Virus record (IMG/VR): IMGVR_UViG_3300022555_003200
Source: a virus
Lineage: Duplodnaviria > Heunggongvirae > Uroviricota > Caudoviricetes
Reading direction: 5' to 3' (one strand)
Length of the DNA: 64,000 bases
Shown: positions 27,200-37,399 of the stretch, piece after piece
Position numbering within the stretch: position 1 is the stretch's first letter
How the letters are laid out: every line of letters starts with the position of its first letter
Position numbers and translations under genes: made by a program
Notes under the pieces: model-generated
The model's input: the letters and a program-made list of their open reading frames with translations, nothing else
The model's database searches: none
What the model was told of the DNA's origin: nothing

Positions 27200-28656
27200 A
27201 CTGGCTACCATTCTGGCAGAAGTTCCTTACTGACGACGCTGTATTTGCCGAGTTCTGCGGGAAGCTCCCAAAGGACATCTTCGAAAATGCCGTGCAGAGC
27301 AACCTGCTTGAGCTAGCCTACCGCTTCGACGACAAGTACTTCAAACGCCCTACGTTCGGCGACATGCTCATGATGCTCGGGGATCTCCCGGACCATGAGA
27401 AGGCTAATATTAAGACCTACGAGAAAACCTTAAACGATATCGCGGCCGTAGTAACCGATGTAAGTACAGAAGTCCTGATCGACAAGGTCTACCAAGAGCT
27501 TGGCCGGTTCGTATTTGAGCGCAACCTCATCAAGATCGTCAACAAGATCACTCCAGGGAGCGACTACAGGCAGTTGGCTTACCAGTTCATGGAGACGGTT
27601 GAGAAGGCACCCAGGAAGCCACTTGGCGATTCGTTTGACAACTCGTTTTTCATGGAGATTGATCAGGCTATAGACCGGCAGAACAGGGACCTAGCTAGGA
27701 TTACACCGGACAAACTAGTCAAGTACTCTGTACCGGCTTTGAATGAGTGCTTGCTTGGAATATTTCCAGGGGAACTTGTTGTAGTAGGAGCCGAGAGTGG
27801 TGTCGGGAAAACTCAATTCGGCGCCGACACAGCACGCATCAATGCGATGGCTGGGAAGAAGACATACTTGATTTGCTTGGAAGGTTCAAAGAATGAGGTT
27901 ATATCTCGGTTCAAGTACGAGATCATCGCCAGGGAATACTTCTCACCCGAGAACCCCAATAAGGGGATGCCAATGTCCTACCCGCTTTATCTTGCCAATG
28001 GGTTGCGAGGGATTGAGCGCTTTGAGGCGATTGCTGAGAAGGAGTTGGCAGCACTTAGGGGTAAGTTGGTCATCTACGGCAAGAACGAGTCAGACCTTCG
28101 CATTGATAAGCTACTCCAGCAGCTCGGTAGGATACAGGATGCAGACCTTGTCGTCGTAGACCACTTGCATTACTTCGGAATGGAAGACGACTCGTCCGAG
28201 GCTTCTCAGCTCTCTGGGATCATGCGGAAGGTCAAGGACCTAACTCAGGCGCGTGGCATTCCTGTGCTTATGTTCTCCCACCTGCGCCGTAAGGCAAGAG
28301 ACAAGAAGATGCCTGACAATGATGATTTCCACGGATCGAGCAATATCGCCAAGATCGCGGATACAACACTTCTAATTGTGCGTCAGTACGACGGGGCAAA
28401 TAAAGACGTTAGCCCGACTATATTTTGTGTCGGGAAGTCTCGAAACGGGTGGGACCCTTTTTACGGATGGCTTGTCGACTTTGACAGGAGTTTAAGGTCC
28501 TATAGTGCTCCGTGGGATCTTGTTAAGATACACCCGTGGAAGGACCCTGAGGCCGTAGCATCTGATAACTGGCCAAAGTACATCATAGACATTGTTGGAG
28601 TAGAAGCATTAAACAGGGTACGTGAACGGGAAGCACAAGACAGGAGGACTAGGTGA
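27196..28656 (+). CDS. dnaB: Replicative DNA helicase of the DnaB family.
   Basis: Walker A GAESGVGKTQF, Walker B VVVDHLHYF, and RGIPVLMFSHLRRK motif H4. Confidence 0.85.
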   Translation: MNWLPFWQKFLTDDAVFAEFCGKLPKDIFENAVQSNLLELAYRFDDKYFKRPTFGDMLMMLGDLPDHEKANIKTYEKTLNDIAAVVTDVSTEVLIDKVYQELGRFVFERNLIKIVNKITPGSDYRQLAYQFMETVEKAPRKPLGDSFDNSFFMEIDQAIDRQNRDLARITPDKLVKYSVPALNECLLGIFPGELVVVGAESGVGKTQFGADTARINAMAGKKTYLICLEGSKNEVISRFKYEIIAREYFSPENPNKGMPMSYPLYLANGLRGIERFEAIAEKELAALRGKLVIYGKNESDLRIDKLLQQLGRIQDADLVVVDHLHYFGMEDDSSEASQLSGIMRKVKDLTQARGIPVLMFSHLRRKARDKKMPDNDDFHGSSNIAKIADTTLLIVRQYDGANKDVSPTIFCVGKSRNGWDPFYGWLVDFDRSLRSYSAPWDLVKIHPWKDPEAVASDNWPKYIIDIVGVEALNRVREREAQDRRTR

Positions 28657-28886
28657 GACTTACGATTGAAGACGCGGATAACGGGTTTGTTTTGCGATAC
28701 GAGGACGCTGACACTAAGAGCGAGAGGTTTATTGCTGTTGAAGATGACGAGCATGCCTCGGAAGCCAGGAATGGTCGTAAGCTTCTTTGGGCGGTTATGG
28801 AGCACTTCGGTATGTTTGGGTCAAAGCACGATGATGAGCGTATTCATGTAGTTATTAAGGATCAAGAGTTAAAGGAGTTTGAGTAA
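28653..28886 (+). CDS. Hypothetical small acidic protein.
   Basis: ORF of 77 aa. Confidence 0.35.
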   Translation: MRLTIEDADNGFVLRYEDADTKSERFIAVEDDEHASEARNGRKLLWAVMEHFGMFGSKHDDERIHVVIKDQELKEFE

Positions 28887-28914
28887 AACCCACACTTTCG
28901 GGGGGTTAACACTT

Positions 28915-28986
28915 GCACCCATAGCTCAATGGTAGAGCAGAGGACTCATAATCCTTTGGTTCCAGGTTCGAGCCCTGGTGGGTGCA
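28915..28986 (+). tRNA. tRNA-Met with a CAT anticodon. It could instead be Ile2 if modified to lysidine.
   Basis: 7-bp acceptor stem GCACCCA/TGGGTGC, a D-arm, anticodon loop CTCATAA, and a T-arm GGTTCGAGCCC. Confidence 0.85.
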
Positions 28987-29007
28987 CTAACATAAAAGGG
29001 GGATAAA

Positions 29008-29388
29008 ATGACAGAGGGACAGGTTTATTGGTGGTTGATGTTGGACAATCTTCAGGGGTGGGGTATGGTTGCCACTATGTTATTCGTTTTTTCAGGCATT
29101 GGGTTGATCGTAGCAAGTGCGTGCAGCTTTATGTCCTACTCTGACTCTGATAGAAAGACGGCTAAGATGGCTGTTGGCGGGGTACGAAGTGTGTTTGTTC
29201 CGGCTTTACTGATAGCGCTTGCACTAAACTTTGTTCCGACGTCAAAGCAGTACGCCATGATCAAGATTTTCCCAAAGATAGCTAATAGCGACATCGCCAA
29301 GGAGATGCCGCAGGATGCTAAGGAGATCTACCAGATGGCGAAGGACTACTTGAAGAGCATGGTTAAAGTGGAAGCAGTAAAAAGATGA
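29008..29388 (+). CDS. Membrane protein.
   Basis: Two or three TM helices. Confidence 0.4.
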   Translation: MTEGQVYWWLMLDNLQGWGMVATMLFVFSGIGLIVASACSFMSYSDSDRKTAKMAVGGVRSVFVPALLIALALNFVPTSKQYAMIKIFPKIANSDIAKEMPQDAKEIYQMAKDYLKSMVKVEAVKR

Positions 29389-29565
29389 GTTACGCAGTAA
29401 CCATGTGCCTCTCAAAAGAGGTGTTCAGTACGGCTGCTGAGGCACAGAAGGTTGTGGACTGGTCAAGGGCATATAAGGACGCTCCAAAACTAAAGATATA
29501 CAAGTGCCCTCTATGTACCAAGTACCACATATCAAGTGCTTGTAGGAGAAGATAAATCTTGACAT

Positions 29566-30000
29566 ATGCGAGAGTACAATAGACAGCGCCGCAAATTGCC
29601 GGAGGTAAAAGAGCGCGAAAGACAGTATCAGAGGACTGATAGAGTCAAAGAGTTGAGGAGAAAATACTATAGTTCTCCGGAGTGTAAGGAACTTAGGCGT
29701 CAATACCGTAAGTCGCTTAAAGGAGCCGAATCAAAACGAAGAGAAGCTCTTAAGTATAACTATGGTATAGGTTTAGAAGAGTATGATAGGCTGTTTGATA
29801 AACAGCGTGGTAGATGTGCTATATGTTTTGAAACATGCCCAGGAAAAAAACGGCTTAGCGTTGATCACAACCATACTACTGGAGCTATCAGGGGCTTACT
29901 ATGCGCTCGGTGCAACTTTATGCTAGGGTACAGCGGCGACTCTATTTTAGTTTTACACGAAGCGGTACGTTACTTGGAGGCATCTAATGAAAAAGAATAA
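29566..30000 (+). mobile_element. Second Endonuclease VII-family HNH endonuclease.
   Basis: LSVDHNHTTGAIRGLLCARCN motif. Confidence 0.7.
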
Positions 30001-30355
30001 AAAAGCACTTCCGACGATGAAAAAGAAGAAAAAAGTATCTCCACAGATCCCGGAAGTAATTCCTCGTGGTACTGCTGGTAGGAAGCGGGATTCCATTAAC
30101 GAGTTCATTGAAGACTTAGGGTACAGTGAAGAGGACAGGATTCTGCTAGCCGACGGGTTTGAGGACGCTTTTGTAGGAATCGCCTGCCAGTTCAATAAGC
30201 CTCTGGCGTGTTATGACTACGACGAATGCATTAAGGTCCTTGTGGGAGAGGGTATGACAGAGGAGGATGCGATCGAACATATGTCCTTTAACGTAGAAGG
30301 CGGATGGGTTGGTGAGACAACCCCGTTATTTTTAAGGAGGAAGGCGTCAAGATGA
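29987..30355 (+). CDS. Hypothetical protein.
   Basis: ORF of 122 aa. Confidence 0.35.
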   Translation: MKKNKKALPTMKKKKKVSPQIPEVIPRGTAGRKRDSINEFIEDLGYSEEDRILLADGFEDAFVGIACQFNKPLACYDYDECIKVLVGEGMTEEDAIEHMSFNVEGGWVGETTPLFLRRKASR

Positions 30356-30494
30356 AATCAATGGAATACACTGTGTGGCGACCCCACAAGAAGCATAAGA
30401 CTAGTGTACAGTGCTCATGTCCTGTTAAGGTTCCTGCGGCAATTGAGCCGACGATGTGTGCCAGCTGTTTCAAGCTTTTGCCAAAGAAGAGAAA

Positions 30495-30854
30495 ATGAAA
30501 AGCATACTTATGGTTAGTGGATCGAGAGGGTATTGCTGTCCGGAACGCGTGCGCAGCATGGTTCGAAGGTTTTCTGATAAGGAGTGGATCTTGATTCATG
30601 GAGATTGTCCAGACTCTCCGGATGGGATTGCAGGTGAAGAGGCGGAGAGGCTAGGTATGGTGGTTGGCAAGTTTCCGTACGTTAGCTCTCTCGGCAGGGC
30701 GGGTGGCCATGTGAGAAACAGGGCAATGGTGGATATGGCCGACATGTGTCTATTTTTCTGGGACGGGGAGAGTTCTGGGACCGGAAAGACTATCGAGTAT
30801 GCCAAGGCTTCTGGAAAGGATCATACTGTATTTAGGACACAGGGGGTTGCTTGA
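30495..30854 (+). CDS. SLOG/DUF2493-like (LOG/DprA-like Rossmann) nucleotide-binding protein.
   Basis: MVSGSRGY...IHGDCPDSPDGIAGEEAERLG...FFWDGESSGTGKTIEYA pattern. Confidence 0.4.
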   Translation: MKSILMVSGSRGYCCPERVRSMVRRFSDKEWILIHGDCPDSPDGIAGEEAERLGMVVGKFPYVSSLGRAGGHVRNRAMVDMADMCLFFWDGESSGTGKTIEYAKASGKDHTVFRTQGVA

Positions 30855-31726
30855 TGTGGCAGGACACTCTTAAGAGGCAGTATAAGCACAAGGTCAATAG
30901 GGAGCAGATTATTTTAAAAGACTGCCCGTACTGTGGTGGTACAAAGTACAACCTTGAGGTGCATTCAAGTAGGGGTGTGTTCCACTGTTGGGTCTGTGAT
31001 GCTAAGGGAACGGTAAGGAAGTTTTTTAAGGATCAACACCTTGAGTTTGACGACAGTGACTGGAAGTCTAGTGAAGCAGTTGTTAGTGTAAGCAAGGAAG
31101 AACTTAGTCTTGACGGGTTTGTTCCGGTTGACTATGAGAAAAATAAAGAGTACTTGGAGAGTCGTGGTCTTACAGCGAGTGACATAGGTACTTATAATCT
31201 TCTTACAGCCACTCAAGGGCGCTATAGGGGTAAGCTCATTATCCCTCTTTATGAGGGAGGTAAAGTAGTTTACTTTGTTTCTCGCCACATGTTTTTCGGA
31301 GGTAGATATTTGAACCCGGTCATAGATAAAAAGAAAATACTTCCGTACTTCTTGGGGAGTGTTAACAGACTGCGCTTATATATTGTTGAAGGAGCTTTTG
31401 ACGCGATTTCAGTTCACAAACTTGGATTTACGGTTACTCCGCTGCTTGGGTCTGGGATTTCTGACGAGCAGGTGGACAAGATTAAGACGATAGGGTTTAA
31501 AGAGGTTGTGGTTGCTCTGGACGGGGACATCAAAGACAAAGCTATTGCGATGTATACGCGGTTAAAGGTGGCTGGTGTGCACACGAAGATAGTTTTTTTC
31601 CCTGGGAATGATGATCCTAACGAGCTTTATCTGGCTGACAGAGACTACTTGAGGAAGATCCTGACAACTCCTACAGAAGTCAGTATTAAAGACAAGTTTG
31701 AGCTTGCCCTGTATGCTAGACGATGA
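30851..31726 (+). CDS. DNA primase of DnaG/TOPRIM type with an N-terminal zinc ribbon.
   Basis: CPYCGG...HCWVC zinc-binding domain. TOPRIM motifs YIVEGAFDAISV and VALDGDIKDKA. Confidence 0.75.
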   Translation: MMWQDTLKRQYKHKVNREQIILKDCPYCGGTKYNLEVHSSRGVFHCWVCDAKGTVRKFFKDQHLEFDDSDWKSSEAVVSVSKEELSLDGFVPVDYEKNKEYLESRGLTASDIGTYNLLTATQGRYRGKLIIPLYEGGKVVYFVSRHMFFGGRYLNPVIDKKKILPYFLGSVNRLRLYIVEGAFDAISVHKLGFTVTPLLGSGISDEQVDKIKTIGFKEVVVALDGDIKDKAIAMYTRLKVAGVHTKIVFFPGNDDPNELYLADRDYLRKILTTPTEVSIKDKFELALYARR

Positions 31727-31881
31727 TCTTTTAACAGCTGTGATATTCAAGCTGTCATCTGAGGACGACGTAAACAAGTTGGCTCATTTAAACAACATGA
31801 TCATTCGCCGGATTCAGCTGCTGCAGGTAATGCAGCGGTGTCCCCCGGCAGCACCGCAAGCTAAACAAGAGGAGCCACCAG

Positions 31882-33324
31882 TTGATAATCCTATTATGCC
31901 CAAGTAAGTGTTTTGTTCAGGGAACCAGGGAAGAGCTTATGTGGATAAGGAGTGTGCTCACTTTTGACGTTCCAGGGGCTAAGTACTCGATGGCGTACAA
32001 GAGAGGCCAGTGGGACGGTAAGAAACGGATGTTTGACATTAGGACGGGTGTGTTTCCGATAGGGCTGTTGTCCTATGTGCTAAGGTCCGGGAAGCTCCGT
32101 AAGATTGACGTTGTGGATAATAGGAAGTTTCCGAAGGTGGACCAGGGACGCCTTGAGCTCAACACAATTGACGTTAATGATCCTGATCGGCATTACCAGC
32201 TAAAGGCGATCGACGAGTGCATTGCTAACAAGAACTGCTTAATTGAGGCTGCCACAAACGCTGGGAAGACGGCCATTTTCTCAGGGTTGATAAAGAAGCT
32301 TGCTCCGGCGCCAACTCTCGTGTTAACACACAGGTCGGAGCTGTTGAAGCAGACTGTGGAGTATATTGAAAGGTACACGGGACTTAAGTGCGGCTTCATT
32401 ACGGCGAAAGACATTCTTATAAGACCAGTTACTGTAGCTATGATTACAACTCTTGTTAATAGACTCGGAGCTGACCAGGAGGTTGATGACTATTTTAAAA
32501 GTCTCCAGTGCGTTATACAGGACGAGGTTCACCATGCTCAGGCGGCGCAGTTCACTGCTGTACTTGAAGCATGCCCGGCGCCTTACCGCTGGGGCTTCAG
32601 TGGCACGGTGCCACCTGCCAACGAATACAACGGAGTTTTGGTGAGGCAGTTTTTGGGAGACGTGGTCTACAAGATCTCAAACGACGAGTTGATAGCGCTT
32701 GACGTGTCAGCGAAGCCCAAGATCTTCATGTATGAGATGGACGTCTCAAGCCAGGTTCGCGGCGTTATCGGAATGGCCAAGGCGGAGCTCGAGGCCAAAG
32801 ACGAGCTCTATTCTGGCCAGCAGCTCATGAAGAAGGTATACGAGATGGTAGTCAAGCTCGGCATCGTGCAGAACAGCGAGCGCAACGGAAAGGCCGTCGA
32901 GATCATCAAGAACAACCCAGGTAAGTCAACTTTGATCGTGGTGGACTACCTTGAGCATGGGGAGATTGTTGAGCAGCTACTAAGTAATAACGGGATAAGT
33001 TCTGTGTTCATATCAGGAAAAGCTGCCCACAGGGCTCAGGCGTTGTCTGACTTCAAGGCCGGTAAACTACAGATACTTATTAGTACAAACATCATTGACG
33101 AGGGAATTGACATCAGCCGGATTGAAGTGTTAATCCTTCTTGCTGGTAAGAAGTCGCGCCGGCAGTTGCTTCAGAGGATAGGTAGGAGTCTTCGCCGTAA
33201 GGAGGGAGAAAATGTTGTGTCGGTGTACGATTTTTGCGACCACGGTAATAAATACTTACTTAAGCATTCGAAAGAAAGAATGTCTATATACAAGCAAGAG
33301 CAGTTTGAAGTAGAGTTTTGCTAG
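31882..33324 (+). CDS. Superfamily-2 DNA helicase (DEAH-like).
   Basis: Motif I AATNAGKT, motif II VIQDEVHH, and motif VI QRIGRSLRRK. Confidence 0.8.
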   Translation: MIILLCPSKCFVQGTREELMWIRSVLTFDVPGAKYSMAYKRGQWDGKKRMFDIRTGVFPIGLLSYVLRSGKLRKIDVVDNRKFPKVDQGRLELNTIDVNDPDRHYQLKAIDECIANKNCLIEAATNAGKTAIFSGLIKKLAPAPTLVLTHRSELLKQTVEYIERYTGLKCGFITAKDILIRPVTVAMITTLVNRLGADQEVDDYFKSLQCVIQDEVHHAQAAQFTAVLEACPAPYRWGFSGTVPPANEYNGVLVRQFLGDVVYKISNDELIALDVSAKPKIFMYEMDVSSQVRGVIGMAKAELEAKDELYSGQQLMKKVYEMVVKLGIVQNSERNGKAVEIIKNNPGKSTLIVVDYLEHGEIVEQLLSNNGISSVFISGKAAHRAQALSDFKAGKLQILISTNIIDEGIDISRIEVLILLAGKKSRRQLLQRIGRSLRRKEGENVVSVYDFCDHGNKYLLKHSKERMSIYKQEQFEVEFC

Positions 33325-33360
33325 TTATTGCTAGTTTATTATACGTGTAAAATAGTTCAA

Positions 33361-33398
33361 AAAATATCATAATTTTTTCCGAAAACAGCCGTAATATA
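33361..33398 (+). promoter_or_regulatory. Copy D of the conserved promoter-like motif.
   Basis: AAAATATCATAATTTTTTCCGAAAACAGCCGTAATATA. Confidence 0.6.
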
Positions 33399-33413
33399 GA
33401 GTGAGGTGATGAT

Positions 33414-33701
33414 ATGGGCTATTACATTCAGACTCCAGGGCATAACACGGGTAAGGCGCAGAGGATATGCGAAGAGCATCAAGAAGCGTTTATTATCCCG
33501 CGACCGACTGTGTTTGCTAAGGTTCCTGATAACATGGGTCTTGTTTGTGTGATCGATAACGGTCTTTTTGACGCTGCCGGATACTGCTATAACTTAAGGG
33601 AGTTTTTGGAGTTCAGCAACCCAGATGATACGCGCCCAAAGACGTGGTTGCTCATGGATAAAAAGAAAGCGGAGAAGCTCAGCGGGTATACGCTTAAATG
33701 A
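33414..33701 (+). CDS. Hypothetical protein.
   Basis: ORF of 95 aa. Confidence 0.35.
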   Translation: MGYYIQTPGHNTGKAQRICEEHQEAFIIPRPTVFAKVPDNMGLVCVIDNGLFDAAGYCYNLREFLEFSNPDDTRPKTWLLMDKKKAEKLSGYTLK

Positions 33702-33840
33702 CAGGGTGCAGGCGTCACAAGCTATTTATAGTTGGCCACAGTAATGACGCATACTATGTTTGTTATATGTGTAATAAGAGGTTTTACAAAGATTCTCCTG
33801 TATACAAGAGACGTATCAGAAAGTTAAGGAGCGGTTCCAA

Positions 33841-34056
33841 GTGAAGATGAAATACTGTCCGGTAAAAACATGTAAGCAGCACGGATTTGCGTGGTCCGGC
33901 GATAAGTTTTGTAACACGTGTGGAGCAGTTTTGTCGTCTAGGGAGTCTAACAAGTGCCCTGACTGTAACGCGGATCACTTTGAGCACCACAAGTTTTGTC
34001 CTAAGTGCGGGTACTCGTTTACTCCAGGAGTGTTATGCAGTCCAAATCAAAAATAG
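33841..34056 (+). CDS. Double zinc-ribbon small protein.
   Basis: CPVKTC...CNTCG...CPDC...CPKCG. Confidence 0.4.
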   Translation: MKMKYCPVKTCKQHGFAWSGDKFCNTCGAVLSSRESNKCPDCNADHFEHHKFCPKCGYSFTPGVLCSPNQK

Positions 34057-34595
34057 TGGCATTGATTGGGGCGCCAGCGTCCGGTAAGACTACACTGGCC
34101 CTCAACCTTGCCACACAGTTGAAGGTCAGGAACAAGAACGCGAAGTACATCCTGGAGTATCCGAGGGACTACATCGAGAAGTATGGGCACCCTGAGCACA
34201 TATCGGAGCAGATGCTAATATTCTTAACGTGGAACAGGCTTCTAGAAAACGCCATCAGCACACAGTATGACTACATCGTATGTGACAGCCCTGTGTTCGT
34301 ATCATACGTTTATGGAGTGTTTAAGGCGGATATGAAGTCCCCTAAGGACCGCATGTGGGTTAGGGAGCTCTTAGACATGACTTTGGAGTCCGCACAGACG
34401 TATGACAAGGTATTTTACATCAAGCCGGGTAAAAAGTTTCCGATCAAGGATAACCTTAGGCACTCCAATTACGAGATTCAGAAGAGGATTGACGAGAGCA
34501 TACGCGGCTTCCTGCGCTTATACAAGATTCCGTACGAGGAAGTGGTCAACACGGACTTGAAAAAGTCCACAGATTACATACTTGAAAGGATCTAG
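34035..34595 (+). CDS. P-loop nucleotide/nucleoside kinase, AAA_28/NadR-RNK-like. It is possibly a polynucleotide or nicotinamide-riboside kinase.
   Basis: Walker A GAPASGKTT. Its size and layout resemble small monophosphate kinases. Confidence 0.45.
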   Translation: MQSKSKIVALIGAPASGKTTLALNLATQLKVRNKNAKYILEYPRDYIEKYGHPEHISEQMLIFLTWNRLLENAISTQYDYIVCDSPVFVSYVYGVFKADMKSPKDRMWVRELLDMTLESAQTYDKVFYIKPGKKFPIKDNLRHSNYEIQKRIDESIRGFLRLYKIPYEEVVNTDLKKSTDYILERI

Positions 34596-34596
34596 C

Positions 34597-35145
34597 ATGT
34601 TTACACCGCATATTGAGAAGATAACTAAGGTGCAGTGGAACGGAGAGGGCCAGGTAGACTTTGAGTTTGACAGGTGTAGCTGGAGTGGGGCTAAGCGCAA
34701 GGACTTTTGGCATCCGGAGAAGGATTGGGAGAAGATTATAGTTCCAGGGGCATTCATCAGGACCTGGACTGTCCAGGGGAGTACTGTAATCGGGTTTGAG
34801 GTGTTCACAGACGACACATTTGAGCATGTGTGGTGTATTGCTAATGACTTTCAGACAAAGGACGAGCGTATGGCCGGTGACAAGGCGTACAATGATTTTA
34901 TTACAAACGAGGGTAATAAGATCGCGTTACTGATCGACAACGGTAGGTCACTAAAGAAAATTGACTCACTTATTGATGACGGTCATAGTGGTAACACGTA
35001 CGCGTGTGCACTTGCTCTTGGGATAGCAAAGGCTAAGAACAGGAAGAACGCGGAGAAGATCAGGAAGGCACATAACAAGATCTGGGGAGTTAAAGAGTCA
35101 AAGGGTGTGGTTAATCCGGCCGTGTTGACATTGACAGCAAAATAA
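34597..35145 (+). CDS. Hypothetical protein.
   Basis: ORF of 183 aa from the internal ATG at 34597. Confidence 0.35.
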   Translation: MFTPHIEKITKVQWNGEGQVDFEFDRCSWSGAKRKDFWHPEKDWEKIIVPGAFIRTWTVQGSTVIGFEVFTDDTFEHVWCIANDFQTKDERMAGDKAYNDFITNEGNKIALLIDNGRSLKKIDSLIDDGHSGNTYACALALGIAKAKNRKNAEKIRKAHNKIWGVKESKGVVNPAVLTLTAK

Positions 35146-35150
35146 CAAGT

Positions 35151-35420
35151 TTGGGGCATAGGGAGTTCCTATACACTTTACTATGACAAAGAGATACTCC
35201 CCGCCCCAGCAGTATTGCGGCAAAGGCTGTTCCTAACATATCAGACGAGGCCCTTAGGGGCCTCGATACATAGCGAACTACAGCCCGCTGCATAACTTCT
35301 GGCATAAGAGGTTCCTAATAAAAATGGGCGCACCCTTCGGGGTGCATAAATACCTCTCGCCAGTAACACAGAGGCATAAACGGTTCCTACAAACTTCTAT
35401 CTGAGAAAATACCGTTCGCC
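35151..35420 (+). ncRNA. Array of four tandem stem-loop units. Each has the conserved GGCAUAA...GUUCCUA motif with covarying stems.
   Basis: Stem pairs are GGGAGU/ACUCCC, GGCUG/CAGCC, AGAGG/CCUCU and AACGG/CCGUU. They flank loops that begin UUCCUA. Internal hairpins include a C(UUCG)G tetraloop. Confidence 0.4.
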
Positions 35421-35443
35421 TCGTCACTAACAGGAGAAACACA

Positions 35444-37399
35444 ATGAAAGCATCGATCCGGTTGTTCAAAGCAGTTCCAGTTTCCGACAGCAGGTTAGCA
35501 AGCGCCGTCAGTAAAGAGATTATGACAGCTACAGTACGGCAGGGTTTTATCTTTTCTCCAGTTGTCGCCGGTAACTACACTGAAAAGGAGCTCTTGAAAT
35601 TGGTCGATGTGGTGTCACGAGAAGTAGGTCTCTCTGGTGACAAGATGAATGCGTCTTTTCATAAGTCGTGGTCTAAGGTCCGTGACGCGAGCCTTGAGCA
35701 GCTGTTTCTTGAGCAGGTTGTTCACTACATAACTACTTACGGATTTGAGGCCATGGGTGTGTACAGCCAGGACTCTGTCTACATACCGGCGGAGAAGCTC
35801 ACTATTCCTAAAGTCAAGCTAGACAAGGTCAGCCTGACTGTAATTAAGGGGTACACAAAGGCTGAGCTAAAAGAAAAGCTTACTACGTTTCTTGGGTCTG
35901 GTATCGCTCTTAGCGATGATACAAAGGTTGACGTCATTGACCTCATTACGTTCATCGGGTTCAGCCAGGCGGAGATATTTGCAGTTAAGAATAAGGAAGT
36001 ACGGGTCGCGCTCTATGACCTCACAAATGTGCTTCCTTCGGACCCGACCGAGTTTTTGCGGTACTTGGTCTACAAGTCCACTAATACGACTATGCTTATC
36101 AAGGACAGGATGACCATAGCTGACATCAAGACAAAGGACAACCTTGCCGTATATGGGCTTCTGAAGAGGTACAAGGATAGCTATGGGCTTGAGAAGCTTG
36201 CTGAGATCTTTTATCGGTTTAAGCCACTCTTTCTGGCATTCAGGACTAAGCCTGGGCTCAAGATAATCATCAATAAGATCCGGAAGCTCGCTGTGAAGAA
36301 TCACAAGCCTATGCCTGAGGATTACTTGAACTCAGTAACGGCAAAGATTAAGTCCGGCACGGGGCTTAATACAAAGGTTATGGACGCTGAGCTGTCTAAG
36401 GCAAACATCTTCAGAAAAATACGCCTTGCGTATGCACTAAAGTACCGGACCACGGACGCGGAGTCTATCTTGTATAAGGTGCGCAATGGCAAGAGCTTCG
36501 CGACGAAGTTCGACTTTCAAGAGCAGGACGTGGCCGATGCAGCTTTGTCCAAGGTTGTCGACTCTATTGCTAACGACATCAAGCCACAGGTCGATGGAAA
36601 GAAGATTTACCTGCCTACTGGAGTTCAGTACTCCCTTCCTACGACAGAGAAGCAGTTTACCGGGGACCTTCCATCCGGAACTTCCGTGTTTGTTCCTAAG
36701 GATATCATTGTAGGTGTTCACTGGGGTAACGTAGGTAAAAACCGAGTTGATCTGGACTTGTCTTTAATTCGTTGCGACGGTGACAAGATGGGATGGGATG
36801 GCTATTACAGGTCAGGAGACAGCGACGTTTTGTTTTCCGGAGACGTTACTGACGCGCCAGGGCCTAATGGAGCGTCTGAGCTGTTTTATGTAAAGAACCA
36901 GAAGCAGGCGTCGTATATCGTGATGCTCAACTACTTTAACTGTGACGGTGGGTGGGGTGAGACCGAGTCCGGCCTTGAAGTTCCGTTTACGATTATCGTC
37001 GCATCAGAGAAGACAAAGAGCATGGAAAGAAACCACGTGGTTAACCCGAATAATGTGGTATGCACCGCGAAGTCAAAGATCAAGGATAAGCAGAAGATGC
37101 TCGGTCTTTTGGTAACGTCTCCAGAAGGAAACAAGTTCTATTTTGCCGAAGGGTACATAGGAAAGTCTATTACGGCGTACGGAGCGGATTACGTGCAGGA
37201 TGCCAGGAAGTCCATGCTGCACTTCTACTCCAATATGATTAGCCTTAAAGACGTTCTCGTAAAGGCTGGCGCTGTGATTGTCACTACCCCAGGCGTCTCG
37301 TTAGAAGACGGGAAGCAGGTTAAAAATGGTCATTGTGACATAGACCTTTCGTACGAGAACATCGCCAAGGATAGTATAGTCAAGATTTTAGTAAAATAG
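35444..37399 (+). CDS. Large orphan protein of 651 aa, function unknown.
   Basis: Long clean ORF. It contains a CDGDKMGWDG segment and no recognisable family signature. Confidence 0.5.
   Translation: MKASIRLFKAVPVSDSRLASAVSKEIMTATVRQGFIFSPVVAGNYTEKELLKLVDVVSREVGLSGDKMNASFHKSWSKVRDASLEQLFLEQVVHYITTYGFEAMGVYSQDSVYIPAEKLTIPKVKLDKVSLTVIKGYTKAELKEKLTTFLGSGIALSDDTKVDVIDLITFIGFSQAEIFAVKNKEVRVALYDLTNVLPSDPTEFLRYLVYKSTNTTMLIKDRMTIADIKTKDNLAVYGLLKRYKDSYGLEKLAEIFYRFKPLFLAFRTKPGLKIIINKIRKLAVKNHKPMPEDYLNSVTAKIKSGTGLNTKVMDAELSKANIFRKIRLAYALKYRTTDAESILYKVRNGKSFATKFDFQEQDVADAALSKVVDSIANDIKPQVDGKKIYLPTGVQYSLPTTEKQFTGDLPSGTSVFVPKDIIVGVHWGNVGKNRVDLDLSLIRCDGDKMGWDGYYRSGDSDVLFSGDVTDAPGPNGASELFYVKNQKQASYIVMLNYFNCDGGWGETESGLEVPFTIIVASEKTKSMERNHVVNPNNVVCTAKSKIKDKQKMLGLLVTSPEGNKFYFAEGYIGKSITAYGADYVQDARKSMLHFYSNMISLKDVLVKAGAVIVTTPGVSLEDGKQVKNGHCDIDLSYENIAKDSIVKILVK

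Noticed and set aside
35151-35420. A mini-CRISPR array or an RNA anti-CRISPR mimicking repeats.
   Set aside because: The four repeats are only partially identical and are not palindromic. The variable stems with compensatory changes fit independent structured units, not CRISPR repeats, and no cas genes are present.
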